A stretch of 63,417 nt of DNA, filler included, from Octopus bimaculoides (lineage: Eukaryota): assembly GCF_001194135.2 (NCBI RefSeq). It is 5 parts of 4 records of this genome, joined end to end, with 100 filler letters (N's around TTAATTAATTAA, not from the genome) between each part and the next. Parts side by side here need not be neighbours in the genome. Positions count along the whole stretch, not along the records: positions 30,789 to 52,830 come from NC_068988.1; positions 52,931 to 60,301 come from NC_068992.1; positions 60,402 to 63,417 come from NC_068988.1; 2 more parts are not named here. One strand, 5' to 3'. Of this stretch, positions 49,725 through 61,954 are shown piece by piece. A program made the position numbers and the translations under genes. The stretch's first letter is position 1. Each line of letters starts with the position of its first letter. The notes below the pieces were generated by a model, which was given only the letters and a program-made list of their open reading frames with translations, had not been told where the DNA came from and did no database searches.

Positions 49725-50335
49725 TAATCCGACGCCAAAAGGATGAAGGGCAAAGTCAACTTCGGTGGAACTTGAACCCAGAGTGTAAAAACAGGCGAAA
49801 TGCCGCTAAGCATTAGCGCCTTAGTTAATCAATGCTGCCTCAGTTAATTAATACTACCTTAGTTAATTAATACTGCCTCAGTTAATTAATAAGGGTTTCA
49901 AATTTTGGTACAATGCCAACAATTTTGAGGGTGGAGGTAAACCCTTACATCGAACCCAGTATTCAACAGTTAGTTATTTTATCGATACCGTAAAGATAAA
50001 AGGTAGATTCGAACTCAGTGGGATTTGAACCCAGATCTTAAAGAGGGTCGAAATACCACTAAGCATTTTGTCCGCTGTGTTAACGATTCTGCCAAGCTTA
50101 CCGCTTAGTTGATTCATAGCGGTTTCTAATTTTAGCACAAGGTCAGCAACTTCGAGTATGGAGGAAAGTCGATTACGTCTACTCTAGTGTTCAGTTAAAA
50201 CTTATTTTATCGACCCTGAAAGGATATAAGGCAAAGTTGACCTCAGCCGAATTTGAACTCAGAACGTAAAGATGTACGAAACGCCGCTAAGGATTTTGCC
50301 CAGCGCGCTAACGATTCTTCCAGCTCGCCACCTTT
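49725..50335 (-). mobile_element. Cluster of three head-to-tail SINE family A copies
   Basis: Repeated CAAAGT.GAC.TC..GAA.TTGAAC.CAGA..GCCGCTAAG blocks at about 49750, 50000 and 50230, separated by short TAATTAAT repeats. Confidence 0.85.
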
Positions 50336-50957
50336 GTTAGTTGATTACTAAGAACCGCTTGTACTGTAGCCACAAAGCCTGAAGTCTTATAAGAAACGGC
50401 TGGTCAGTTACATCGAACTAGGGGTCAAGTTTCTTTCTCTTCTATCTTGAACCAATATGGTACGCCTTGATAGCTCACCTCCACCATTCTATCTCTTTCT
50501 TTTCATGGAATCTTTCAGATCATCTCTCTTAATCCGGATCTGTCTGGTAGATCCACTATAGCTTGGTTAGCGTACTGAAGTGTCCACTTTGCAGTCCAGC
50601 GTAGAGATTTGTCGGTTGAGGACATTGTGGAGAGAAAGAGAGACAGAGAGAGGAAAGAGATAGATAGAGAGAGAGAGGGAGTGAGAGAGAGAGAGACTAA
50701 GCATCCTTCAATAACAATTTGGCTAACTGTAACGACAGCATCAACATGTTTAGGAACAATACCATCATAACAACAACATCAAAATGAACAATACAGGAAC
50801 TGCAACAATAACAATAGGAAAGGCAACAGGAACAGAATCAAGAATGACAGCAACAACAACTACAACAACAACAGCAGCAATATCAATGGGAACCAAAACA
50901 ACAATTTTATCAGTAAGATTAACATCACCGGAAACAATAATTGTTGTTGTTGTTGTT

Positions 50958-51290
50958 GGCACTCCGTCGCTTGCGACGTCGAGGGTTCCAGTTGATCCGA
51001 TCAACGGAACAGCCTGCTCGTGAAATTAACGTACAAGTGGCTGAGCACTCCACAGACACGTGTACCCTTAACGTAGTTCTCGGAGATATTCAGCGTGACA
51101 CAGAGTGTGACAAGGCTGGCCCTTTGAATTACAGGCACAACAGAAACAGGAAGAAAGAATGAGAGAAAGTTGTGGTGGAAGAGTACAGCAGAGTTCGCCA
51201 CCATCCCCTGCCGGAGCCTCGTGGAGCTTTAGGTGTTTTCGCTCAATAAACACTCACAACGTCCGGTCTGGGAATCGAAACCGCCTCCAC
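50958..51290 (-). mobile_element. Chimeric SINE: family C 3' half with a different 5' module
   Basis: 3' half GGCACTCCGTCGC..GTGACAAGGCTGGCCCTTTGAATTACAGG matches family C. The 5' module (CCTAAAGCTCCACGAGGCTCCGGCAGGGGATGGTGG on minus) is absent from other C copies. Confidence 0.8.
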
Positions 51291-51360
51291 GAAAACAATA
51301 ATAGTAATAGCTATATAACACATCATAAGGAATAAAAATAACAACAAAACGAAAACAAAT

Positions 51361-51975
51361 GGCACTTCGTCGGTTACGACGAGGAGTGCTCTAGTTCAGT
51401 GGTTCCCAAACTTTTTCGGGCTGTCGCCCCTTTGACACCCAGGTCACATTCCTTGCGCCCCCACCCCAACTAACCATCACAAACATGGACCTCTTTCTGA
51501 GGCAAATTCAAAGCAACTGTATTTCACAAATATAACTAATAATCTAATGAACCCATTATTTTGTTGTTTTTACATAAATCGCTCCCCCATTATCACCCCA
51601 CTTTTCTTCAACACCCCCATGGAACTTCCCACTCCCCCCCCCCCGGGGGGACAATACAGTCCACTTTGAGAACCAACGCTCTAGTTGATGCGACGAAGGA
51701 AACAGCCTTTTCGTGAAATTAGCGTGTAAGTGGCTGAGTACTCCACACACAGGCGCACCCTTTACGTAGATCTTAGGGAGAATGAACCTGACACAGAATG
51801 TGACAAGGCTGGTCCCTTTAAATTACGGGTAGAGCTTATTTTTGCCAGTTGAGTGGACTGGAGCAACATAGAACATAATGTCTCCCTCAAGAACACAGCG
51901 CACTGCCGGGAATCGAACGCATGATCTTACGACCGTGGGCCGATTACACGTAACCACTAAGCCACGCGCCCTCAC
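51361..51975 (-). mobile_element. SINE family C interrupted by a hAT MITE
   Basis: GGCACTTCGTCGGTTACGACG..[insert]..GTGACAAGGCTGG..GGGAATCGAAC..AACCACTAAGCCACGCGCCCTCAC. Confidence 0.9.
51397..51678. mobile_element. hAT (Charlie-like) MITE, 282 bp, 8-bp TSD
   Basis: CTCTAGTT|CAGTGGTTCCCAAAC ... CTTTGAGAACCAACG|CTCTAGTT; TSD at 51389-51396 and 51679-51686. Confidence 0.92.
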
Positions 51976-52612
51976 AGTAGATACAACAGGAATTATAACA
52001 ACAACAACAACAGCAACATCAACAGCAGGAAGAAAAACAACAAGCATACAAACATGAACAATGACAACAAACAGGAACGCTGACAAGTGCAACATCAACA
52101 ACAACAACAACAGGAAAACAGGAACAACAATAAGTGGAACAACAACAAAAACAAAGAGCCAAGCAGGAAATAGAGAAACTAACCAATCAGATTTTATCAT
52201 CAACGTATTTTCAAGGCTGATCACGCCGGACCAAATACTTAGCGGCATTTCGTCAGGATCTTTACGTTCTGAGATCAAATTCTACCAGGGTTTCATGTAT
52301 TCTTCTCTCCCACTCAGATTTTAAATGTTGCCACAACAGTAATATGTCCATTCTGCTGATAGTTTTCAGGAAATTTTCTATGTCCTCGTGCAGCTGAGGA
52401 TTGCTCTGCATTTTGCATTTAATGTAATACTCGCATTACTTAAATAAATGGAGTAGCATGAAACGTGTGTACCTTTAAAATCCGTGTTGCATTTCTGGTT
52501 ATATATATATATATATATACACACGCAAACATGCACACATATATATTGATTACAAGAATTAAAGAGTTACATACACACGCACATAAATAGCGAGACGGCG
52601 AGACAGACAGAC

Positions 52613-52679
<67 letters not shown>

Positions 52680-52830
52680 GATGGAGATAGATAGATAGAG
52701 ATGGAGAGAGAGAAGGAAAGGAGGAAGAGAGAGAGAAAGAAAACACAGAGTGATGGAGAGATGTTGATGAAGAGAGAGGAACGAGAGATAGAGGGAGACA
52801 GAAATATTCGTAAAGGATACACGCAAGCAA

Positions 52831-52930
52831 NNNNNNNNNNNNNNNNNNNNNNNNNNNNNNNNNNNNNNNNNNNNTTAATTAATTAANNNNNNNNNNNNNN
52901 NNNNNNNNNNNNNNNNNNNNNNNNNNNNNN
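52831..52930. other. Artificial scaffold-joining spacer N44-TTAATTAATTAA-N44
   Basis: Identical 100-bp spacer. Confidence 0.97.
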
Positions 52931-53808
52931 TCCCTCTTCCAGTTCCCTCTCCAGTTCCCTCTTCCAGTTCCCTCTTCCAGTTCCCTCTCCAGTTCCCTCT
53001 TCCAGTTCCCTCTCTAGTTCCCTCTTCCAGTTCCCTCTTCCAGTTCCATCTCCAGTTCCCTCTTCCAGTTCCCTCTCCAGTTTCCTCTTCCAGTCCCCTC
53101 TTCCAGTTCCCTCTTCCAGTTCCCTCTTCCAGTCCCCTCTTCCAGTTCCCTCTCCAGTTCCCTCTTCCAGTTACCTCTCCCAGTTCCCTCTTCCAGTTCC
53201 CTCTTCCAGTTCTGTCTCCAGTTCCCTCTTCCAGTTCTCTCTTCCAGTTNNNNNNNNNNNNNNNNNNNNNNNNNNNNNNNNNNNNNNNNNNNNNNNNNNN
53301 NNNNNNNNNNNNNNNNNNNNNNNNNNNNNNNNNNNNNNNNNNNNNNNNNNNNNNNNNNNNNNNNNNNNNNNNNNNNNNNNNNNNNNNNNNNNNNNNNNNN
53401 NNNNNNNNNNNNNNNNNNNNNNNNNNNNNNNNNNNNNNNNNNNNNNNNNNNNNNNNNNNNNNNNNNNNNNNNNNNNNNNNNNNNNNNNNNNNNNNNNNNN
53501 NNNNNNNNNNNNNNNNNNNNNNNNNNNNNNNNNNNNNNNNNNNNNNNNNNNNNNNNNNNNNNNNNNNNNNNNNNNNNNNNNNNNNNNNNNNNNNNNNNNN
53601 NNNNNNNCAGTTCCCTCTTCCATTTCCCTCTCTGGTTCCAGTCCCCTTTTCCAGTTCCCTCTTCCAGTTCCCTCTTCCAGTCCCCCCTTCCAGTTCCCTC
53701 TTGCAGTTCCCTCTCCAGTTCCCTCTTCCAGTTCCCTCTCCAGTTCCCTCTTCCAGTTCCCTCTTCCAGTTCCCTCTCTGGTTCCAGTCCCATTCCAGTT
53801 CCAGTTCC
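52931..53808. repeat. 12/13-bp minisatellite (CCAGTTCCCTCT/CCAGTTCCCTCTT)n with internal gap
   Basis: Directly visible alternating 12- and 13-bp units; N gap at about 53250-53607. Confidence 0.95.
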
Positions 53809-53809
53809 T

Positions 53810-53930
53810 TCTTATTTCTTTATTGTCCACAAGGAGCAAAACATAGAGGGGATAAACAAGGACAAGGAAAGAGATTAATTCGATTACATTGATCCCAGTG
53901 CATAACTGGTACTTATTTAATCAACCCCAA
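53810..53930 (-). mobile_element. SINE family A, 3' part
   Basis: CTTATTTCTTTATTGTCCACAAGGAGC..GATCCCAGTGCATAACTGGTACTTATTTAATCAACCCC. Confidence 0.85.
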
Positions 53931-53997
53931 AAGCATTCATTTGCCAAGTTCAATCTCGACATCAGTTGTCTCAATGCCTTTACCAATATAGAAGCAG

Positions 53998-54315
53998 TGT
54001 GAAGGCATGTGGCTTAATGGTTAGGGTATTTGGCTCATAACTGTAAGTTAATGAGTTCAGTTCCTGGCAATGTCCTTGAACAAGATACTTCATTTCATGT
54101 TGCTCCAGTTCATTCAGCTGGCAAAGATGAGTAGTACCTGAATTTCAAAGGGGCCAACATCGTCACATTCTGTGTCATGCTGAATCTCCCTGAGAACTAT
54201 GTTAAGGGCACACATGTCTGTGGAATGCTCAGCCACTTTAATGTTAATTTCTTGAAAAGACTGTTCCACTGTATGGATCAACTGGAACCCTCGTTGCTGT
54301 ATGCAGATGAGTGCT
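53998..54315 (+). mobile_element. SINE family C, full length (CpG-decayed)
   Basis: GTGAAGGCATGTGGCTTAATGGTTAGGG..GAGTTCAGTTCC..GTCCTTGAACAAGATACTT..GATCAACTGGAACCCTCG. Confidence 0.9.
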
Positions 54316-54831
54316 ATAGCACAGAAGTAGTAGTGTAGCTGGCAAGGGGGGAAGGGGACAGTTTACATAGGGCAATTCTTTGATAGAGACAGCAATTTAG
54401 GGTCTTGTGCATAATCAGGTATGGTGGTGTAGCTAAGTCTGGGGCTTCAAATTTAGAGGCTGCCCTAGGTGGTTCACACTTTTAGTATCCCACTGTATAA
54501 AAGGGCCTTGCAAATCTCATGAACATTGTCTTTTCTTCCTGAACTAAATTAACATTAAACAAATGTCTGTCAGTCTATAAATACATTGATTTATTTCTGA
54601 TAAATCACTGCAATAACAAATAGCAAAACTTTATTAAAAAAATGAAATCATTTGGCTAGAATAGCTTGCATAATCAAATGCAGTAAAATAAGAGCTAATT
54701 GATTCACCAATAATTATGTAATATTTTTCATTCATACCAAGCAAACTTATGCTATAGCAATGTGAAAGTTAATATATCAGAGCACAGCTATACTGAAAAT
54801 AAGTCATATGTGTGTGTTATTGATAGACAGA

Positions 54832-54977
54832 CTAAATAGTTGTTTGTATGTTTGATTTGCATTTATTTATGGAGCAGTTTAATAACTGTTCAGTTGCAGT
54901 TGGAAAATCTGATATTAGCATTTTTCTATAATTTTTTGAAGATTTTGTGAGAATTCGCAAAGATTTTAGAAAATAAT
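54832..54977 (-). CDS. Candidate terminal coding exon, product unknown
   Basis: Acceptor TTTCTCCATCTCTTAATAACAG; (D)YFLKSLRILTKSSKNYRKML..QTTI*; AATAAA on the minus strand at 54630-54635 and 54590-54595. Confidence 0.4.
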
Positions 54978-55610
54978 CTGTTATTAAGAGATGGAGAAAA
55001 ATGTAAACTTCCATAGGGAAATACTTTATAAATAATGAGTAATTTCTTTTTCATTACTATCCAGATTCATGTCAAACTGGTTGAATATGAAAATCTAAAT
55101 AATTGTGTATTTTGTCAATGTGCAGACTTCAATGTGAAGTGGCAAAGGTGATAGAGTGCTGGATATAATATCAGTATTTGCTTTTACTCTCTGAGTTCAA
55201 ATCATACCAAGTTCATCTTAACCTTTTTACTCTTTCAGGGTCTGTAAAAAATAGTACTAATCTAGTGGGGGGGGGGGGGTGTTAGCAGAATTGTTGGAGT
55301 ACAAAAACAGATTCCTTGTGCTATCTACCCTGGCTCTCTGTCACCTGAGTTCAAATCCCACCCTGTCAGCAAAAATCAATATCATTTTTATCAGGGGTTA
55401 TGGTCACTAGATAGTATCAACAAATTTTAAAAATTAATGCTTTCCTTTCTTTTGATCTGACTAACTGCCTCAATGCGACCATCACTGCAGATAGAATACC
55501 AATTGATTTCACAAGAAGTAATGACATTTTATTCTTCATCTAAATCGAAACAGTTCACTAAGGGAACCTATAAGCAGTCACTCGACTTGCTAGAAATAAC
55601 AACCAAATAC

Positions 55611-55682
55611 CACTCAAATCACTCTCCAGTCTTTGTAAACCAGACAGCCACATTCTATCAATTATGCAGGTCTCCATACACT
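55611..55682 (-). CDS. Candidate 72-nt phase-1/1 coding exon, product unknown
   Basis: Acceptor TTGTTCATCTTAG, donor GTATTT; (E)CMETCIIDRMWLSGLQRLESDLS, joining in frame to 54832-54977. Confidence 0.4.
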
Positions 55683-56023
55683 CTAAGATGAACAAAGCTA
55701 GACTGACAAAATGAATTAGACAGTCTACATTTAAATGACATCTTAAAATCCTATCCAATTAAATAACATTATATACACAATTTCTACAATTCAAGGAGTG
55801 TAGACAGCTAAGTTAATAACGTAGTGGACATCTAACTAAGTGGTTAGTAGAAATCAGCATATTCCTGCCACTGTAATGTACCAATTTCAGACATTTTTAA
55901 CTATTGAGTCCACAAAGACAATGATAGATTGGCAGAAAATGTACAGAATTGCACTGAATAAGAAAGAATACCAAAGTATTTACATCTCTCACTCCTACTT
56001 TGCACTCTTTCTTTCTCTTCAAA

Positions 56024-56055
<32 letters not shown>

Positions 56056-56086
56056 ATATATGCAGACACTCTTCACACCCACACAC

Positions 56087-56117
<31 letters not shown>

Positions 56118-56550
56118 TAGAAAGATATATATATGTATATATNNNNNNNNNNNNNNNNNNNNNNNNNNNNNNNNNNNNNNNNNNNNNNNNNNNNNNNNNN
56201 NNNNNNNNNNNNNNNNNNNNNNNNNNNNNNNNNNNNNNNNNNNNNNNNNNNNNNNNNNNNNNNNNNNNNNNNNNNNNNNNNNNNNNNNNNNNNNNNNNNN
56301 NNNNNNNNNNNNNNNNNNNNNNNNNNNNNNNNNNNNNNNNNNNNNNNNNNNNNNNNNNNNNNNNNNNNNNNNNNNNNNNNNNNNNNNNNNNNNNNNNNNN
56401 NNNNNNNNNNNNNNNNNNNNNNNNNNNNNNNNNNNNNNNNNNNNNNNNNNNNNNNNNNNNNNNNNNNNNNNNNNNNNNNNNNNNNNNNNNNNNNNNNNNN
56501 NNNNNNNNNNNNNNNNNNNNNNNNNNNNNATATATATATATATATATATA

Positions 56551-56886
56551 GTGAAGGCACATGACTCAGTGGTTAGAGTGTCGAGCTTACAATCATGAGG
56601 TTGTCAGTTCGAATCCTGGACCAGGCTGCATGTTGTGTTCTTGAGCAAGACACTTTATTTCACGTCGTTCCAGTTCACTCAGCTGTAGAAATGAGTTACA
56701 ACGTCACAGGTGCCAGGCTGTATTGGCCTTTGCCTTTCCCTTAGATAACATTGGTGACATGGAGAAGGGAGGCTGGTATGCATGGGCGACTGCTGGTCTT
56801 CCATCAACAACGTTGCCCGGACTTGTGCCTGGGAAGGTAACTTTCTAGGTGTAATCCCATGGTCATTCATGACCAAAGGGGATCTC
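56551..56886 (+). mobile_element. SINE family F, full length
   Basis: GTGAAGGCACATGACTCAGTGG (A box), AGTTCGAATCC (B box), central GTGTTCTTGAGCAAGACACTTTATTTCAC..CAGCTGTAGAAATGAG shared with family C, distinct 3' half. Confidence 0.88.
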
Positions 56887-57844
56887 ATATATATATATAT
56901 GCAAATACCTACATACACACACATACATACACACATATGCATGTACGTATGTGTTGACTTTTATCCCTCCTAATACTGGAGCTTAAATTAATTTAATATT
57001 TACCCTCAAAACAAATGTTTGGATTGTGTCAATGTACAAAGCATTTGTATAGCTCTATATACTGTAAAATTAAAATGGACAAAACGAAATAACAATCGAT
57101 AGACTTGAAAGAGCATCCTTTACAAAAATTTCGAAATATTTACACTATAAAATCATCATTAGGTTTTACCTCAGTTTATCTATTCAAGCATGGGTTAGGC
57201 AATAATATCATTGAAATATTGCTCTAGAGACAGATAGCCTTTATATCAGTAATCCCTACCTGCTTTGCAAGTAAGAGATTTCTTATTTTACATGTCTTTG
57301 AAGTAGGAAGCCATCAGATCTGGATGATTTCTTAAGAGAAGAAAAGATAACAAAGTTATTGCTTCTAGCTCATGGTATTCAGAGAAAAGCTGTTATAAAG
57401 AAACACATATACACACATGCATACATGTACATTTATGTATATATTTCTGTGTGTATATGATAAATACATATATGATACATCGATCTGTATGTGTGTGTAT
57501 GTGTTTGTTCAATACATAGATACATACATACATAGAGAGAGGAGAGAGAGGGAGAAAGAGACAGAGAGAAAGAGAGAGGGAGAGGAAGAGATAGAGATAG
57601 AGATGCAAATCTATACACATGGCTTCTACAATTTTAGTTTATGCATACTAAGGAGTTGAAATGTTAAATTTCTTAACTCATACTATCATTTAATTATTTC
57701 CAATCAGGAAAGTAATTGCATATGCTGTATAAGTATTTTCCTTTTAATAAGTATACTCTAAGTATGAAAACTAAACCCTGCTAGCATGTCAGTAACGTGC
57801 AGAACTAATGCCCAAATGAGTGTCTAGTATTAAAATCAATGAAG

Positions 57845-58165
57845 ACATATGGCTTAGTGGTTAGGGTATTAGGCTCATGATCATAGGGACGTGAGTTCAA
57901 TTCCCAGCAGTGCATTGTGTCCTTGAACAAGACACTTTATTTCACATTGCTCCAGCCCACTCAACTGACTAAAATGAGTAGTATCTGTATTTCAAGGGGC
58001 CAGCCTTGTCACACCCCGTGTCATGCTGAATCTCCCTCAGAAGTATGTGAAGGGGTATGCATGTCTGTGGAGTGCTCAGCCACTTGCACATTAATCTCAT
58101 AAGGAAGTTCTTCTGCTGATCAGATCAACTGGAATCCTTTTCCTCATAACCGATAGAGTGTCAGT
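57845..58165 (+). mobile_element. SINE family C, full length (CpG-decayed)
   Basis: ATGGCTTAGTGGTTAGGGTATTAGGCTCA..GAGTTCAATTCCC..GTGTCCTTGAACAAGACACTTTATTTCAC. Confidence 0.9.
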
Positions 58166-58208
58166 TTATTTAAATCTGTTAATTCACTTTAACAACAGAA
58201 GCTTTATT

Positions 58209-58606
58209 CTTTTACTTGTTTCAGTCATTGAACTGCAGCCATGCTGAAACCAACCTCAGGGCTTTTTAGTCAAATAAATCAGTCCCAAGACTTATTTTTT
58301 AAGCCTCGTATTTATTCTATTGGTCAGTTTTGCTGTGCTGCTAAATTACAAGGATGTTAACACACCAACATCGGTTGTCAAGAGATGATGGGGGACAAAC
58401 ACAAACACAAAAACACACACACATAGACATATACATATATATATGACAGGCTTCTTTCAGTTTCCATCTACCAGATCCACTTTCAAGGCTTTGGTTGGCC
58501 CAAGGCTATAGTAGAAGACACTTGCCCAAGATGCCACGCAGTGGGACTGAACCTGGAACCATGTGGTTGGTAGGCAGGCTACTTACCACACAGCCACTCC
58601 TGCGCC
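58209..58606 (-). mobile_element. SINE family B, full length (3' half CpG-decayed)
   Basis: Colinear with 47593-47990 from TCTTTTACTTGTTTCAGTC to CACAGCCACTCCTGCGCC. Confidence 0.95.
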
Positions 58607-60205
58607 TATCTCTCTTTAAAAGAAATCTAAATTTAACATTATTCAGTTCACAGTTTAAAATACTTAAAGAAAATAAATCTGAAATTTGAATTATAGTAAG
58701 AAGAAATGAAGTAGTTTTAAATTTAATATCTCTTGTTTTTACTTCCAGCCTACTCTTTTCCTCACCAGGTAATTTATTTTTTAAAATTTTATTTTGAAAT
58801 TGATAAATTATGAAATGACTTTTGACATTTCATTAGTAGACTTATTGATTGAGTATTTATATAATTTAACAGGATGGTCAATGAGAAATAACAAAAATAA
58901 CAACAAAAGCAAAATAAAAAATAATTTTGCGAAGACAAGTATAATATTGCTGTGTTAAGAGAACCAAATTGTCTGAATCTAATATGATGCCTAATTGGTC
59001 TAGACTTTGCAGAGAGTAACCTAAAAACAAACTTCAAGAGGACATCCTTTAGAATTACCAGGATGTTCATTATTATCCATGTAATAATTGCCAGATATTA
59101 TCAGGATAATAAATATTGAGTAGACTTAAGTCGTTGCTAATTCTTATAAAAAGGTTGTAATTAAGATATTTCTCAAGAATATTTAATTGTAAATGACATA
59201 AATAAATAGCTGTCTATTTAGTCCATTAGAATATTTCATATTGTATTTTATTTTCATTTTCATTAAGACAAAATTAAAATGACAGAATGATATTGAAGCA
59301 TAAGCTGTGGATATTGAAAATGACCTGAACACATACAGAAACACATTGTAATAAATGTATAGAAGTCAATTTTTCTAGAAGCTTCTAAATCTATATGACT
59401 AAAATATCACTGGGAGACTGACACAATTATTGCTTGTTTCAAATTCTTGCAGATGTGTAGTTGATAGGAAAACATTGGTAAGAAGGACTTTTCAAAAGGG
59501 ATTTTTTGTGGAGATATGTAATTAGGGTAAATGTTATGAAAGAATGTGATAAATAGTTGATGAAATATAAGGATGAAAGGTAACAGTAACTTGTAAGTTC
59601 GATAAGGTGATGTACACTTAATAATTTCAAAGAAGAAAATACTATTCTAGTGGTGGATTCTTGAAAACATTAATACCTGCAAAAACCTTTGAGATAACTG
59701 GGTCAACAATTCTGATATTCATAGACAAATTATAGATAAACAAGTCTTTTGAAAATTTTAAACAAAAATGGTGGCGAATAAAAATACATTGTATAATCTA
59801 CTGGTCACATCAACAATAAAACTCATAAAGACAATTCACAGACATCCAGTTGTCAATAAACTATTATAGCAACATAGTGAATCACACAGTTGAACAATAT
59901 AAACATTGCTTTTATACATCCCTGTAGTCATAAAGCTCTCTGACTGTTTGATATTGTTGCTTTGATCTTCAGCCAGAAGTTCACACTTGAATATTCTTGA
60001 GCTTCATATAAAATGCTTGTAATATTCTCATAGTTTCAGGCGACATCAGTTTAATGTATTCCATAAAATATTAAACAATACAACTAGTGACCCCCACCCC
60101 TGTTACATGTACACAAATTTCATAGATAATTTAGGCTGTTCGCTAAGGCTTACCAACATCATCTACCCACAAGCTATCAAAAAAGTATGGGATATAGACA
60201 TACTT

Positions 60206-60258
<53 letters not shown>

Positions 60259-60301
60259 GGGGAGTTCTTGAAACTTGGTTATTTCCCCTAAAACTATATA
60301 T

Positions 60302-60401
60302 NNNNNNNNNNNNNNNNNNNNNNNNNNNNNNNNNNNNNNNNNNNNTTAATTAATTAANNNNNNNNNNNNNNNNNNNNNNNNNNNNNNNNNNNNNNNNNNN
60401 N
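60302..60401. other. Artificial scaffold-joining spacer N44-TTAATTAATTAA-N44
   Basis: Identical 100-bp spacer. Confidence 0.97.
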
Positions 60402-60416
60402 GCGCGTAGAGAAAGT

Positions 60417-60690
60417 TTTCATGGCAATACCTGCTCAGAGGCCTACGCAATGTTGTAGAAAGTGTATGGAGAGGAGTGTATGAGCAACACACAAGTGTAC
60501 AAATGGTTCAGACGTTTCCAAGATGGCCGAAAAAATGTCGATAGTAACGAACGTTCTGGGAAACCTGCAACCAGCAGAACTGAGAAAAACATTGCAAATA
60601 TGCGTGCAGCTGTGAGGGAAAATCGATAGAATCACCAACCATGAGATATCGGAGGATGTACAGATTAGTTCCGGTTCAGTTCATCCTTCT
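60417..60690 (+). mobile_element. Mariner transposase, N-terminal (HTH) fragment
   Basis: HGNTCSEAYAML*KVYGEECMSNTQVYKWFRRFQDGRKNVDSNERSGKPATSRTEKNIANMRAAVRENR. Confidence 0.9.
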
Positions 60691-60693
60691 CTG

Positions 60694-60736
<43 letters not shown>

Positions 60737-60849
60737 ATATCCACCGATCTGTCTATCTGTCTGCCTATCTATCCATCCATCAAGCTATCTCTCTTTATAT
60801 ATATCTTTCTTTATATCTATCTTTATAACTATCTATTTATCTCTCTATA

Positions 60850-60920
<71 letters not shown>

Positions 60921-61758
60921 GTCTGTCTGTCTGTCTGTCTGTCTGTTCGTCCGTCTATCTATCTATCTATCTATCCACCTACCCACCCTATCTAACACTC
61001 TAATCCTTTGTTATTTACTAATGCTCTAGTCTCTGATCGACACAAAATGAATTGAAGGAATGAATAGCGGAATATGATTCAACTAATCCCTAAACGAAGT
61101 CGAGAATCGAGGGGTCAAATAACGGACCCCTAAAAAAGGTCAAGTCAACCAAGGGATATTTGTTGTTGTTTGTTTTCGCAAATTATCGGAAGGTCGCCGG
61201 AAAAAGGTACAAACATTACAAAGAAATATAATAAGAAACAAAATTATAATCAGGCAGGCGTGTACACGAATAAAATACCCGGTTTAGTACGGGTAGCATA
61301 TTCGACACGTACGTTATTTTGTATTGTTTGTGGGTAGGTGCGTACACATACATAAATATATGAATACATACATACATGCACGCACGCATACATAAAGATC
61401 CCCGGCACATAACCAGCCACATGCACACCCATATATATATANNNNNNNNNNNNNNNNNNNNNNNNNNNNNNNNNNNNNNNNNNNNNNNNNNNNNNNNNNN
61501 NNNNNNNNNNNNNNNNNNNNNNNNNNNNNNNNNNNNNNNNNNNNNNNNNNNNNNNNNNNNNNNNNNNNNNNNNNNNNNNNNNNNNNNNNNNNNNNNNNNN
61601 NNNNNNNNNNNNNNNNNNNNNNNNNNNNNNNNNNNNNNNNNNNNNNNNNNNNNNNNNNNNNNNNNNNNNNNNNNNNNNNNNNNNNNNATATATACATATT
61701 CATACATATTTATAAACACACCTCTCTTACTCTTTCTCTCCCTCTCTCTTTATGTATG

Positions 61759-61798
<40 letters not shown>

Positions 61799-61954
61799 GT
61801 GTGTGTACGTGTACGTATGTGTATAAATGTTATATGTATTTGTGTGTGCGTGCATGGAGATGTCCATACATATATCCACATGTATACACAAACACATATA
61901 AGACTATTTGTACAGGTGTATATATCAATAAGTCTATAGTTACATTCTTTTTCT

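Noticed and set aside
52931-53808. CRISPR-like array (also 14885-15285 and 19010-19545)
   Set aside because: Units are contiguous with no unique spacers, no cas genes are present, and the context is eukaryotic
53014-53839. Repetitive LEEGTGRGNWKRE ORFs
   Set aside because: Translation of the 12/13-bp minisatellite; alternating unit lengths shift frames and the ORFs span a gap
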